Shown here: one piece after another, positions 48,645 to 58,015 of the stretch
Layout of the letters: each line of letters opens with the position of its first letter
Numbering within the stretch: the stretch's first letter is position 1
Assembly (NCBI GenBank): GCA_029858285.1
Contig: JAOUFN010000010.1
Coordinates: 9,776 to 73,775 of the forward strand
Length of the DNA stretch: 64,000 nucleotides
Direction of reading: 5' to 3'
Origin: Nitrospirota bacterium
GTDB taxonomy: Bacteria > Nitrospirota > JACRHL01
Made by a program: the position numbers and the translations under genes
The notes under the pieces: model-generated
What the model was told of the DNA's origin: nothing
Seen by the model: the letters and a program-made list of their open reading frames with translations, nothing else
Databases searched by the model: none

Positions 48645-49592
48645 CTATCCGGCCTCGGCCTCCAGAAAGCGCTCCGCGTCCAGTGCCGCCATGCAGCCGG
48701 TTCCGGCGGCGGTAATCGCCTGCCGGTAGTGGCGGTCGGCCACATCTCCGGCGGCGAACACCCCCGTCACGTTGGTGCGGGTGGTGCCGGGGCGCACCCG
48801 CAAATAACCGGTTTCGTCCATCTCCAGTTGTCCGGCAAAGATGCCGGTGTTGGGGGTGTGGCCGATGGCCATGAACACGCCGTCCGCGGGGTGCTCCGAA
48901 ATTTCGCCACTGACCGTGTCCTTCAGGCGCAGGCCTGTGACCACGCTGTCCCCCAAAATGTCCTCGACCCCCTTGTTCCAAAGGAAGTCGAGCTTTTCAT
49001 TCTTTTTGGCCTTGTCCACCATGATCTTCGAGGCGCGCAACTGGTCGCGGCGGTGCACCAGGGTAACGCGACTGGCAAAACGGGTAAGGAAGATAGCCTC
49101 CTCCACGGCGGAGTCGCCCCCACCCACCACCATCACCCGCTTGTCGCGGAAGAAAAAGCCGTCGCAGGTGGCGCAGGCCGAAACCCCGGCCCCCATCAAG
49201 CGTGACTCGTTGGGCAGTCCCAGCAGGCGCGCCGAGGCTCCGGTGGCCACGATCAGCGTGCGTGCCCGCAGCGGGGTATCGTCCACGGTAAGGGTGAAGG
49301 GGCGGGCCGACAGGTCGGCGCGGGTGACGTTGCCGGTAAGGAATACAGTGCCAAAGCGCTCGGCCTGCTGGCGGGTGCGCAGGATCAGTTCCGGCCCCTG
49401 AATCCCCTCCGGAAAACCGGGAAAATTCTCCACCTCGGTGGTGATGGTGAGCTGGCCGCCGCTCTGGGGTCCCTCGATCACCACCGGGGTCAGGTTGGCG
49501 CGCGCCGCGTAGATGGCGGCGGTGAGTCCGGCGGGGCCGGAGCCCAGGATGACCACGTCGTGGAGGGGGGAGGCGGGGTTGTTCGGAGCCAT
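48645..49592 (-). CDS. trxB: Thioredoxin-disulfide reductase
   Basis: GSGPAG, VENFPG, CATCDG, GGGDSA, HRRD, YRQAITAAG. Confidence 0.98.
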   Translation of the reverse strand: MAPNNPASPLHDVVILGSGPAGLTAAIYAARANLTPVVIEGPQSGGQLTITTEVENFPGFPEGIQGPELILRTRQQAERFGTVFLTGNVTRADLSARPFTLTVDDTPLRARTLIVATGASARLLGLPNESRLMGAGVSACATCDGFFFRDKRVMVVGGGDSAVEEAIFLTRFASRVTLVHRRDQLRASKIMVDKAKKNEKLDFLWNKGVEDILGDSVVTGLRLKDTVSGEISEHPADGVFMAIGHTPNTGIFAGQLEMDETGYLRVRPGTTRTNVTGVFAAGDVADRHYRQAITAAGTGCMAALDAERFLEAEAG

Positions 49593-49656
49593 GTCGCTGT
49601 CCTTCCTTGTATCCCCCCGCCGCTTGCCGTGGGTCGGGGGAGCAGACCAGGTTGCC

Positions 49657-50037
49657 TTACCCGGCCGGTTTCCGCTCCAGCACTTCGCGGATCATCTCCT
49701 TGAGGCCATCCAGCCGGGCGGATTTGACGAAGTAGCCGTCGGCGCTCCAGGCGCCAAAATCGTGCTTGTAGTCGCTGTAGGCGCTGCACAGGATCACCGG
49801 CAGGTCGGGATATTTCTGCTTGGCGCGCTGCAACACCTTGATGCCGTCGATGCCGGGCATGCGGATGTCCAGCAGCAGCAGATCGGGGCGGCCCGATTCC
49901 AGGACGGTGAGCACCTCCTCGCCGTTGGGGAAGGTTGTGACATCGTAGCCCTCCTCCACCAGTTCCTCGCGCAGGAACAGACGAATGCTTTCCTCGTCGT
50001 CCACCACGAACACGGTCTTCTTCGGCCCCGTGGACAT
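49657..50037 (-). CDS. Single-domain response regulator
   Basis: VVDDE, LLDIRMP, CSA, VKS in place of the usual KP. Confidence 0.92.
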   Translation of the reverse strand: MSTGPKKTVFVVDDEESIRLFLREELVEEGYDVTTFPNGEEVLTVLESGRPDLLLLDIRMPGIDGIKVLQRAKQKYPDLPVILCSAYSDYKHDFGAWSADGYFVKSARLDGLKEMIREVLERKPAG

Positions 50038-50040
50038 ACC

Positions 50041-51537
50041 CTATCCCCTCCCGTGCGGCCGCGGGGACGCGGCCTGTTTGAGTGCCCCACCAATTTTCCG
50101 GGTTCGTCGCGCTTCAAGCGCCTTCTCGTACACCGCCTCGCAGGCGCTGGCGCGGGCCTGCCACGAACTGTCCCGCTGCATGCCGTTGCGCTGGATGCGG
50201 GCGAACAGTTTGTGTTCCTTCCACACCTCCAGCGCCCCGGCGACGGCCGCCAGCAGGGCGGCGGTGTCCGGCCGGTCGAAGGCGAAGCCGGTGGCGCTGT
50301 CCGGATTGTCGTTCCAGGCCACCACGGTGTCCGCCAGCCCCCCCACGCGATGCACCACCGGCGGCGCGCCGTAGCGCATGGCGATGAGCTGGGCCAAACC
50401 GCACGGTTCGAAGCGCGAGGGCATCAGAAACAGGTCGCTGCCGCCATAAATGTTGCGCGCCAGCGGTTCGTCGAAGCCGGTGGCGACACCCACGCGGCCG
50501 GGGCGGAAGCGCGCCGCCTCCACCAGTCGCCGGGTCAACAGCGGGTCGCCGTCGCCGAGCAGGGCCAGTTGCACCCCCAGGTCCAGCAGGGCGGGCATGG
50601 CGTCCAGCACGATGTCCAGCCCCTTCTGGCCGGTGACGCGGCCCACGAAGCCCAGCAGCGGGGCGTCGGCCTCCTCCAGGCCAAGGGTGCGCTGCACCAG
50701 GCGGCGGTTGGCGCGCCGCCCCTCGGGACGAGCCGCCGAGAACGGCGCCGCCAGATGCGGGTCGGAGGCCGGGTTCCACAACTCGGTGTCGATGCCGTTT
50801 TCGATGCCCGACAGGTCCGCCGAGCGGGCGCGCAGCACTCCGTCCAGGCCGCAGCCGTTTTGTGGTTCGAGAATTTCCCGGGCATAGGTGGGGCTGACGG
50901 TGGTTACCTGATCGGCATAAAGAATGCCGCCTTTCAGGTAGTTCATGTCGCCGTAATACTCCAGCCCGTCGATGCCCAGCACACGGGGGGGCAGCCCCAG
51001 CACGTTGACGGCGGTCACGTCGAAGCGCCCCTGAAAGGCCAGGTTGTGGATGGTGAGTACGCTGGCGGACTGTTCCAGTCCGTCGCCGTCGTCGGGTTCC
51101 CTGAGGTACACCGGCACCAGGGCGGTCTGCCAGTCGTTGACGTGGAGGACGTCCGGCGCCAGACGCAGTTCCCGGCACAGGGCCAGGATGGCGCGGGAGA
51201 AGAAGGCAAAGCGCTCCGGGTTGTCGGCATATTCCCCGCCGGGGGGGCCATAGAGATGGGGGCGGGCGAAGTAGTCGGACTGTTCGACAAGGTACACGTC
51301 GCCCCATTTCTGGCGCGAGCGCCAGGGGCGGGCGGCCACCTGCCAGGTGCCCACCGGCACCATGAACTCCTCCCCCGGCTCCAGCCCGGCCCGGTTCACC
51401 CCGTCGTACAGGGGCAGCACCGCCGTCACCCGGTGGCCACGGGCGGCCAGCGCCGCGGGCAGGGCCCCCGCCACGTCGGCCAGTCCGCCGGTTTTGACGA
51501 ACGGCACCATCTCCGATGCGGCGTACAGGATGTGCAC
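50041..51537 (-). CDS. glgA: Glycogen synthase (GT5)
   Basis: KTGGLADV, NDWQT, TIHNLAFQG, MPSRFEPCGL.Q. Confidence 0.96.
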   Translation of the reverse strand: MHILYAASEMVPFVKTGGLADVAGALPAALAARGHRVTAVLPLYDGVNRAGLEPGEEFMVPVGTWQVAARPWRSRQKWGDVYLVEQSDYFARPHLYGPPGGEYADNPERFAFFSRAILALCRELRLAPDVLHVNDWQTALVPVYLREPDDGDGLEQSASVLTIHNLAFQGRFDVTAVNVLGLPPRVLGIDGLEYYGDMNYLKGGILYADQVTTVSPTYAREILEPQNGCGLDGVLRARSADLSGIENGIDTELWNPASDPHLAAPFSAARPEGRRANRRLVQRTLGLEEADAPLLGFVGRVTGQKGLDIVLDAMPALLDLGVQLALLGDGDPLLTRRLVEAARFRPGRVGVATGFDEPLARNIYGGSDLFLMPSRFEPCGLAQLIAMRYGAPPVVHRVGGLADTVVAWNDNPDSATGFAFDRPDTAALLAAVAGALEVWKEHKLFARIQRNGMQRDSSWQARASACEAVYEKALEARRTRKIGGALKQAASPRPHGRG

Positions 51538-52533
51538 CTAGAACTCCCGATCCACCCGCGCCTCGCGCAGGAAGCGGGTGGCCTCCTCCGGCGGGGTGGG
51601 GTTGATGTAAATCCCCGCGCCCCACTCGAATCCGGCGGTCTTGGTCAGTTTGGGGATCACCTCGATGTGCCAGTGGTAGTAGCTGCTGGGGCCTTCCTGC
51701 AACGGCGAGGTGTGCAGCATGTAATTGAAGGGCGGATCGTTCAGCACCCGGTCCAGGCGCAGCAGCAGGTTTTTGAGGATGCGCGCCAGCGCCAGGGACT
51801 GGTTGGCGGACAGGGTCTCGAAGGAGGATTCGTGGTGCTTGGGCAGGATCCAGGTTTCGAACGGAAAGCGCGCCGCGTAGGGTGAGATGACCACGAATTC
51901 CTCGTTCTCCAGCACCACGCGGCTGCCCTCCCGCATCTCCTGCCGCAGGATGTCGCAGAAGATGCAGCGTTCCTTGTATTCGAAGTGACGGCGGGCGCCG
52001 GCCAGTTCCTCCTGCACGCGTTTGGGCACCACCGGCAGGGCGATGAGCTGGGAATGGGGGTGCTCCAGGGAAGCCCCGGCGGCCTCGCCCTGATTCTTGA
52101 AGATCAGCACATAGCGGAAGCGGAAGTCGCGCTTCAGGTCCACATAGCGCTCGTGGTAGGCACGGACTACCTGATTGATGCGCTCCACGCTGCGGTGGGC
52201 CAGGGGAATTTTGTGCTCCGGCCCCTCAATGATGACCTCGTGGGCGCCCAGACCGTTCATCTTGTCGTACAGGCCGTCCCCGGCACGGTCCAGATCGCCT
52301 TCCACCTGCAACACCGGAAACTTGTTGGGGATCACCCGCAGGTCCCAGCCGCCGCCGGCGGGGCGCACCGCATAAACTTCGTGCGGGGTGGTGTGCTCGT
52401 TGCCGGGGCAGAACGGGCAGAAGGCGTTGTCTGCCTTGGGGGGCGGGGTTTCGAAGTCGGAGGGTCGGCGCCCGCGCTCGCTGGCGATGATGACCCAACG
52501 GGTGGTGATGGGGTCCTGGCGAAATTCCGGCAC
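51538..52533 (-). CDS. galT: GalT-like hexose-1-phosphate nucleotidylyltransferase
   Basis: R.RRP, CPFCPGNE, PNKFP, GASLEHPHSQ. Confidence 0.88.
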   Translation of the reverse strand: MPEFRQDPITTRWVIIASERGRRPSDFETPPPKADNAFCPFCPGNEHTTPHEVYAVRPAGGGWDLRVIPNKFPVLQVEGDLDRAGDGLYDKMNGLGAHEVIIEGPEHKIPLAHRSVERINQVVRAYHERYVDLKRDFRFRYVLIFKNQGEAAGASLEHPHSQLIALPVVPKRVQEELAGARRHFEYKERCIFCDILRQEMREGSRVVLENEEFVVISPYAARFPFETWILPKHHESSFETLSANQSLALARILKNLLLRLDRVLNDPPFNYMLHTSPLQEGPSSYYHWHIEVIPKLTKTAGFEWGAGIYINPTPPEEATRFLREARVDREF

Positions 52534-52535
52534 GG

Positions 52536-54014
52536 CTATTCTCCTGCCACCTGACGGCTGTCCACGGTGATGCCCAGTTGGCGGATTTTCTTGGACAGGT
52601 TGCTGCGTTCCACCTTCAATTGCTCCGCCGCCCGCGAAATGTTGCCGCCGCAGGACTCCAGCACGCGGCGGATGTACTCGGCCTCGAACTTCTCCCGCGC
52701 GTCCCGCAGGGGCAGGGAGGGGGAAACAACCGCCGCCCCGCCGATTCCCGCGAAGGAAACGCCTGCCGCCGAACCCGCTACCTGCCCGGATGGCAGACCC
52801 GCTACCTGCCCGGATGGCAGACCCGCTACCTGCCCGGATGGCAGGCCATTCAATAGTTCAGCGGGCAAATCGGCCACCTCCACCGCGTCACCCCGGCTCA
52901 TGATCAGCAGGCGCTCGACGATGTTCTTCAACTCCCGCACGTTGCCCGGCCAGGGCAGCGCCCCCAGTATATCCATGACACGGGGAGAAAAGCGCTTGAG
53001 GGTAAGCCCCTGTTCGGCGCTGGCGCGTTCCGCAAAGTGGGCCGCCAGCAGGGGAATGTCGCCGGGCCGCTCGCGCAGGGCGGGGACGCGCAGGGGCACC
53101 ACGTTGAGGCGGTAGAACAGGTCCTCGCGAAACTGCCCGCCAGCGATGGCGGCCTTCAGATCGCGGTGGGTAGCGGCGATCACCCACACGTCCACGTCGC
53201 GGGGGGCCACCCCCCCCAGCCGCTGGATTTTGCCTTCCTGCAACACCCGCAGCACCCGCGCCTGGGTGGCCAGGGACATGTCGCCCACCTCATCCAGAAA
53301 CAGGGTGCCGCCGTGGGCCAGTTCGAACATGCCGGGCTTGGGCGTGTCGGCGCCGGTAAACGCCCCTTTTTCGTAGCCGAACAGCTCACTCTCGATCAGG
53401 TGTTCGGGCAGTGCGGCGCAGTTGATTTCGATGAACGGCTTGTCGTGGCGCGGGCTGCCTTCGTGCAGGGCGCGGGCCACCAGTTCCTTGCCGGCGCCGT
53501 TTTCACCGCTGATGAGCACCCGGGCGCAGGTGCCCGCCACGCGCTGAATGTCCTGGCGCAGGTGATTGAGCGGCGCAGAATCCCCCAGCATCCGCCAGCG
53601 GTCGTGGATTTGTGCCTTCAGGCGAGCGTTTTCGGCGGTCAGCCGGGCCTGACTCAGGGCGTGGGACACGGTCAATGTCACGCGGTCCAGCGACAGGGGT
53701 TTTTCCAGGTAGTCGAAGGCCCCCATGCGGATGGCCGAAACGGCGGTTTCGATGGTGCCGTGACCGCTCATCATGATGACCGGCAGGTGCGGCAGTTCCT
53801 TGCGCAGATGTCCCAGAACGGCAATGCCGTCCATGCCTTCCATCCAGATGTCCAGCAGCACCAGATCGGCCCCGTCGCGGGTGACCATGTCGATGCCTTC
53901 GCGGCCGCTGGCGGCGGTCAGCACCCGGTAGCCCTCGTCGGCGAGGATGCCGGACAGGGAGCGGCGGATGCCCGCCTCGTCGTCGATCACCAGCACGGTA
54001 ACCGGGGCGTTCAC
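52536..54014 (-). CDS. Sigma-54-dependent response regulator (NtrX/NtrC-like)
   Basis: Receiver LLDIWM..SGHG; GENGAGKE, GAFTGA, LFLDEV, FREDLFYRLNV, WPGNVREL; Fis HTH. Confidence 0.95.
   Translation of the reverse strand: MNAPVTVLVIDDEAGIRRSLSGILADEGYRVLTAASGREGIDMVTRDGADLVLLDIWMEGMDGIAVLGHLRKELPHLPVIMMSGHGTIETAVSAIRMGAFDYLEKPLSLDRVTLTVSHALSQARLTAENARLKAQIHDRWRMLGDSAPLNHLRQDIQRVAGTCARVLISGENGAGKELVARALHEGSPRHDKPFIEINCAALPEHLIESELFGYEKGAFTGADTPKPGMFELAHGGTLFLDEVGDMSLATQARVLRVLQEGKIQRLGGVAPRDVDVWVIAATHRDLKAAIAGGQFREDLFYRLNVVPLRVPALRERPGDIPLLAAHFAERASAEQGLTLKRFSPRVMDILGALPWPGNVRELKNIVERLLIMSRGDAVEVADLPAELLNGLPSGQVAGLPSGQVAGLPSGQVAGSAAGVSFAGIGGAAVVSPSLPLRDAREKFEAEYIRRVLESCGGNISRAAEQLKVERSNLSKKIRQLGITVDSRQVAGE
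52773..52844. repeat. 24-bp tandem repeat x3 (ACCCGCTACCTGCCCGGATGGCAG) encoding GLPSGQVA
   Basis: Three identical units in the AAA-HTH linker. Confidence 0.95.
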
Positions 54015-54979
54015 GGTTTTCCGCTGGGGGTGGGGGGGGAGCCTTTGGTGTGCCGGATGAGTGGGTCCAGGTGCTCACTGCCCCCTCCGGCGTGGTGCGC
54101 AATGGCCTGGCGCAGGGCGGGCAGAGCCGCTTCCATGGCGCGCTCGCCCTCCCGGATGCAGAAGGCGGCGCGGTCAAAGGCGGCCCAATGCAGGTGACCG
54201 ACCCGGGGACGCACCACCACGTCGGCGTCGGCCAGTTGCAGATCGCACAGCAGACGACCGGTGACGGCGTTGGCGCGGATGAGCAGTTCCAGGCCGTTTT
54301 TGAGGTTTTCCACCGGCTCGCGGTCGAATCCCTCCGAAATGTCCACGCCGATTACAAGGTCCGCCCCCAGCGCGCGCACCGGGGCGATCGGCACGCGGTT
54401 GGCCCAGCCGCCGTCCACCAGATAGCGACCGCGGTACTGGATGGGCGGAAACACCCCCGGAATGGCGCTGCTGCCGTATACGGCGGGCCTGAGGGGGCCG
54501 TCGTCCAGCACCATCTCGGCGCCGTGGCTGATGTCGGTGGCCACGCAGGCCAGGGGGATGCGCGTCTCGTGGAACTCCAGGGGCGGAATCAGGTCGTCGA
54601 TGATGGAAGTGAACTCCGCCTCGCTCACCAACTGCCGGACCCGGAAGGCGACGCTGTAGAAAAGCTGTTTTTTGAGGTAGTTCTTGAGGTTAGAGATCAG
54701 GCCGATACGCCGCTCCTCCTCGAACTCGTGGCGCACGAAATTGAGCTTGGCCTTGTGGAAGCGGTCGCTGGAGAGCACCCGCTCGACCTCGGCGCACATG
54801 TGGTCCACGTCTTCGGTGACGGCATACACTGCGGCGACGATGGAGCCAAAGCTGGCGCCGCTGATGGCGTCCACGGGGATGCCCTCGCGGTGCAGCACCT
54901 TGATGATGCCCACGTGGGCCAGTCCGCGGGCACCACCCCCGCCCAATGCCAGGCCGATCCTGGGTCGATTTTCGGTCAT
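54011..54979 (-). CDS. Patatin-like phospholipase (NTE/RssA family)
   Basis: LGGGGARG, GASFG, AIPGVF, DGG. Confidence 0.93.
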   Translation of the reverse strand: MTENRPRIGLALGGGGARGLAHVGIIKVLHREGIPVDAISGASFGSIVAAVYAVTEDVDHMCAEVERVLSSDRFHKAKLNFVRHEFEEERRIGLISNLKNYLKKQLFYSVAFRVRQLVSEAEFTSIIDDLIPPLEFHETRIPLACVATDISHGAEMVLDDGPLRPAVYGSSAIPGVFPPIQYRGRYLVDGGWANRVPIAPVRALGADLVIGVDISEGFDREPVENLKNGLELLIRANAVTGRLLCDLQLADADVVVRPRVGHLHWAAFDRAAFCIREGERAMEAALPALRQAIAHHAGGGSEHLDPLIRHTKGSPPTPSGKP

Positions 54980-55294
54980 CGGTATCGCTTATATTGCTTC
55001 TGTGTGGATGGATGCCCGGGATCACTCCGGGGCTCGCCCCCGGCCAGACCGGCCCGGACCGCTCCACAGGGTACCCGTTTTGCCGCCCCCAAGGCTAGCC
55101 GGGCCGGGGAGGAGAGGCCTCGCGGTGCTTGCCGGGCGCCGAATCACGGTCTTGCAAGCGGCACCGCGCTTGACGCGGCGGCCATTTTGACCGAAACGGT
55201 CGGGAATCCCGGTGGGCATGGTGGTCCGGGTGGAGTTGTCCGCGTTGCCCGGTCACCCCGGCGGCAGGCCGCGCCGTTCCGCGTTGGCGCGCAG

Positions 55295-55323
55295 TTGCCG
55301 AAGTGGGGGAGGGGCGGTATACT
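55295..55323 (+). promoter_or_regulatory. Putative sigma70 promoter for the reductase gene
   Basis: TTGCCG-17 nt-TATACT. Confidence 0.6.
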
Positions 55324-55337
55324 GGTGCGAATGTACA

Positions 55338-55362
55338 AATTCCGATCGAAATAGTATGATAT
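55338..55362. promoter_or_regulatory. Rrf2 (IscR/CymR)-like operator candidate
   Basis: AT-rich AATTCCGATCGAAATAGTATGATAT between promoter and RBS; 17/25 match by eye to the IscR type-1 consensus as I recall it. Confidence 0.4.
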
Positions 55363-55392
55363 GGCGATCGAACCTGTTTGGAGTGTCCCCCC

Positions 55393-57885
55393 ATGAGCAA
55401 GCAAATCAATGTCCTCGGGCAGTCCCTCGGCAAGGGGCAGCGTCCCGCCATCGGCACCCCGGAGAAAGTGGCCGAGGAAATCGCCCACTTCGAGGCCGAG
55501 GCCGCCCGCTTCAAGGCCGGGGAGATCGCCGCCGAAAAATTCCAGGGTTTCCGCCTGCGCCAGGGGCTTTACGGCCAGCGCGGCGGCGAAGGCCACATGC
55601 TGCGTCTCAAGCTGCCCTACGGACGCATTGACCCGGACCAGATGGACACGGTGGCCAACGTGGGCGACAAGTACAGCGGTGGCCCGGCCCACGTCACCAC
55701 GCGCCAGGATTTTCAGTTCCACTATGTGCAGTTGACGGACGCCCCGGCGGCGTTCCGCGATCTGGCGGAGGGGGGCATTACCACCCGCGAGGCTTGCGGC
55801 AACACGGTGCGCAACGTCACCGCCTGCCACCTGGCGGGGGCATGCAGCCAGGAACTGTTCGACGTTACCCCCTACGCCCAGGCTGTGTACGAGCATTTTT
55901 TGCGCCACCCGCTGACGCAGAACATGCCGCGCAAATTCAAGATTGCCTTTTCCGGCTGCGCCAGTGACTGCGCCCGCACCCGGATTCACGACATCGGGCT
56001 GACCGCCGCCGTCCGCGACGGCGTGCACGGCTTCTCGGTGGTGGTGGGCGGTGGTCTGGGTTCCGCGCCGCGCGTGGCCCACCCCTTCGAAAGTTTCATT
56101 CCGGTGGCAGAGTTGTTACCCCTGTGCGAGGCGCTGATCAGCCTGTTCGACCTGTACGGCAACCGCAAGCAGCGTGCCCGCGCCCGCCTCAAGTTTCTGG
56201 TGGAGCGGCTCGGGGTGGCAGAGGTGCGGTCGCGCTACGAGCAGGAACGCGCCAAGCTCTCCCGCGATGCCGACCACTACCCGGCGCTGCCGGAGCCGGA
56301 ACCCAACCGCAACGTGCGGCCGTGGCCGGTGGTCGCCCCGAATGGCGACGCCTTCGGGCGCTGGCATGCCACCAGCGTGCTGCCGGAGCGCGAGCCCGGT
56401 CTGGTGTCGGTGCAGCTCAACCTGCTGCGCGGCGACATCCGCACCGACCAGTTGCGCACCTTGGCCGACATGGTTCGCCGCTATTCCGCCCGCGAGGAAG
56501 TGCGCCTCACGGTGGGGCAGAATCTGGTGATCCTGGCGGTGGCCGAAGGGCAGGTGGAGGCGCTGTACCGGGAACTGCTGACGGCGGGTCTGGCCCGTTC
56601 CGGTGCCGAGACCGCGGCCGACGTCATGAGCTGCCCCGGCTCGGAGACCTGCAACCTGGGGCTGGTGGCCTCCCGCCAGTTGGCCGGGCTGCTGGTGGAG
56701 CACATCGAGGCGTCCTCCGCGGCTTATGACGACGCGGGCGGCGCGCGCATCAAGGTGAGCGGCTGCCCCAACTCCTGCGGCCACCACCACATCGCCAGCA
56801 TCGGTTTCCACGGCACCGCGCGCAAGCATCAGGGGCACATGGCGCCGTTTTACGAGGTTCATCTGGGCGGCCATGCCGACGCGGCGGGCACCGTCATCGC
56901 CAACCCCACACTGCGAGTACCGGCACAGCACGGCCCCAAGGTGGTGGACACCCTGCTGGACCACTACCGGGGCAATCGCAGCGGCGGTGAATCCTTCGAT
57001 GCCTTCGTGGAGCGGGTCGGCAAGGAGTCCCTCAAGGCGTTGCTGGAGCCGCTGGTGCACATGCCGTCCCACGACGAGGACCCCAGTTATTACCGCGACC
57101 TGGGCGCCAGCGAAGAGTTTGCCCTTGAGGACATGGGCCCCGGCGAGTGTGCCGGTGGCGTGCTGGACCTGATCGAGGTCGGCCTCAAGGAGGCGCGCAC
57201 CGGCATCGCCTTGTCCCAGAGCGCCCGCGACGCGGGCCAGTGGGCGGAAGCGGCGGGCCGTGCCGACGAGGCGGTGTTCTCCGCCGCACAGGCCCTGCTT
57301 GTCACCGAGGGCGAGGAGGTGGAACTGGTGCCGGAAGCGGCTGCCAAGTTCACCGAAAAATTCATCGCCAGCGGGCTGTTTCCGGCGGCTTGCGCCACCC
57401 TGTTCTTCAGCCTTGGCCGTCATGCCCAGGGCAGCCCGGACGGGGCCGCGGTGCGCAAGCACCTGGACGAGGCGGAGCGCTTTGTGCTGCTGTGCGAGGC
57501 GGCCTACCAGAGCATGGGCAACGACCTGCGCCTGACGCGCCCCCTGTCCATGGACGCCGCCGAGGCGGTGCGCAGCGGCGAGCCGGTCGGCGGGCAGGCC
57601 CCTGCGGCCGCTCCGACCGCGCCCGTGGCGGCGGGGGGTGGGGCGGGCGGCGCCAAGGTGGACCTTACCCTGGACCTGAAGGGGGTGGCCTGCCCGATGA
57701 ATTACGTGAAGACCAAGCTCAAGCTCGAGATGATGCCCAAGGGCTCGGTGCTGGAGGTGCTGCTGGACGACGGCGCGCCGATCCACAACGTGCCCAAGAG
57801 CGTGGCCAACGACGGTCACGACGTGTTCGTTAACGAGCCCCTGGGCGACGGCAAGCACCACCGTATCGTGATCCGCAAGGTCTGA
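55393..57885 (+). CDS. Siroheme-[4Fe-4S] sulfite/nitrite reductase fused to HEPN-like and TusA/SirA domains
   Basis: GLYGQR, TTRQDFQ, NMPRKFKIAFSGC, CPGSETC, SGCPNSCG; helical A..AAQALL..G region; C-terminal LDLKGVACPMNYVKTKL. Confidence 0.9.
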   Translation: MSKQINVLGQSLGKGQRPAIGTPEKVAEEIAHFEAEAARFKAGEIAAEKFQGFRLRQGLYGQRGGEGHMLRLKLPYGRIDPDQMDTVANVGDKYSGGPAHVTTRQDFQFHYVQLTDAPAAFRDLAEGGITTREACGNTVRNVTACHLAGACSQELFDVTPYAQAVYEHFLRHPLTQNMPRKFKIAFSGCASDCARTRIHDIGLTAAVRDGVHGFSVVVGGGLGSAPRVAHPFESFIPVAELLPLCEALISLFDLYGNRKQRARARLKFLVERLGVAEVRSRYEQERAKLSRDADHYPALPEPEPNRNVRPWPVVAPNGDAFGRWHATSVLPEREPGLVSVQLNLLRGDIRTDQLRTLADMVRRYSAREEVRLTVGQNLVILAVAEGQVEALYRELLTAGLARSGAETAADVMSCPGSETCNLGLVASRQLAGLLVEHIEASSAAYDDAGGARIKVSGCPNSCGHHHIASIGFHGTARKHQGHMAPFYEVHLGGHADAAGTVIANPTLRVPAQHGPKVVDTLLDHYRGNRSGGESFDAFVERVGKESLKALLEPLVHMPSHDEDPSYYRDLGASEEFALEDMGPGECAGGVLDLIEVGLKEARTGIALSQSARDAGQWAEAAGRADEAVFSAAQALLVTEGEEVELVPEAAAKFTEKFIASGLFPAACATLFFSLGRHAQGSPDGAAVRKHLDEAERFVLLCEAAYQSMGNDLRLTRPLSMDAAEAVRSGEPVGGQAPAAAPTAPVAAGGGAGGAKVDLTLDLKGVACPMNYVKTKLKLEMMPKGSVLEVLLDDGAPIHNVPKSVANDGHDVFVNEPLGDGKHHRIVIRKV

Positions 57886-57891
57886 TCGCCC

Positions 57892-57908
57892 CCGCCTCCG
57901 GGAGGCGG
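57892..57908 (+). terminator. GC hairpin after the reductase gene
   Basis: CCGCCTC-CGG-GAGGCGG; no clear U-tract. Confidence 0.35.
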
Positions 57909-58015
57909 ATGGGGTATCGCGTTGCACTGCGCGGTGGTGGCGGGAAGTGGTTGGGGCACGCGCACGGGAGCCCCCGTCTCGGTTTTGCCGGAATCCTGCG
58001 CTATACTTTGCGGCT

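Noticed and set aside
55190-55290. GGGAATCCCGGTG resembling part of a cobalamin riboswitch
   Set aside because: No B12 box (GCnACTG) or matching AATCC stem, and it lies upstream of the better-supported promoter.
57170-57530. HEPN-like segment as a toxin or defence RNase
   Set aside because: No evident RxxxxH motif, and it is embedded in a metabolic reductase with no defence context.
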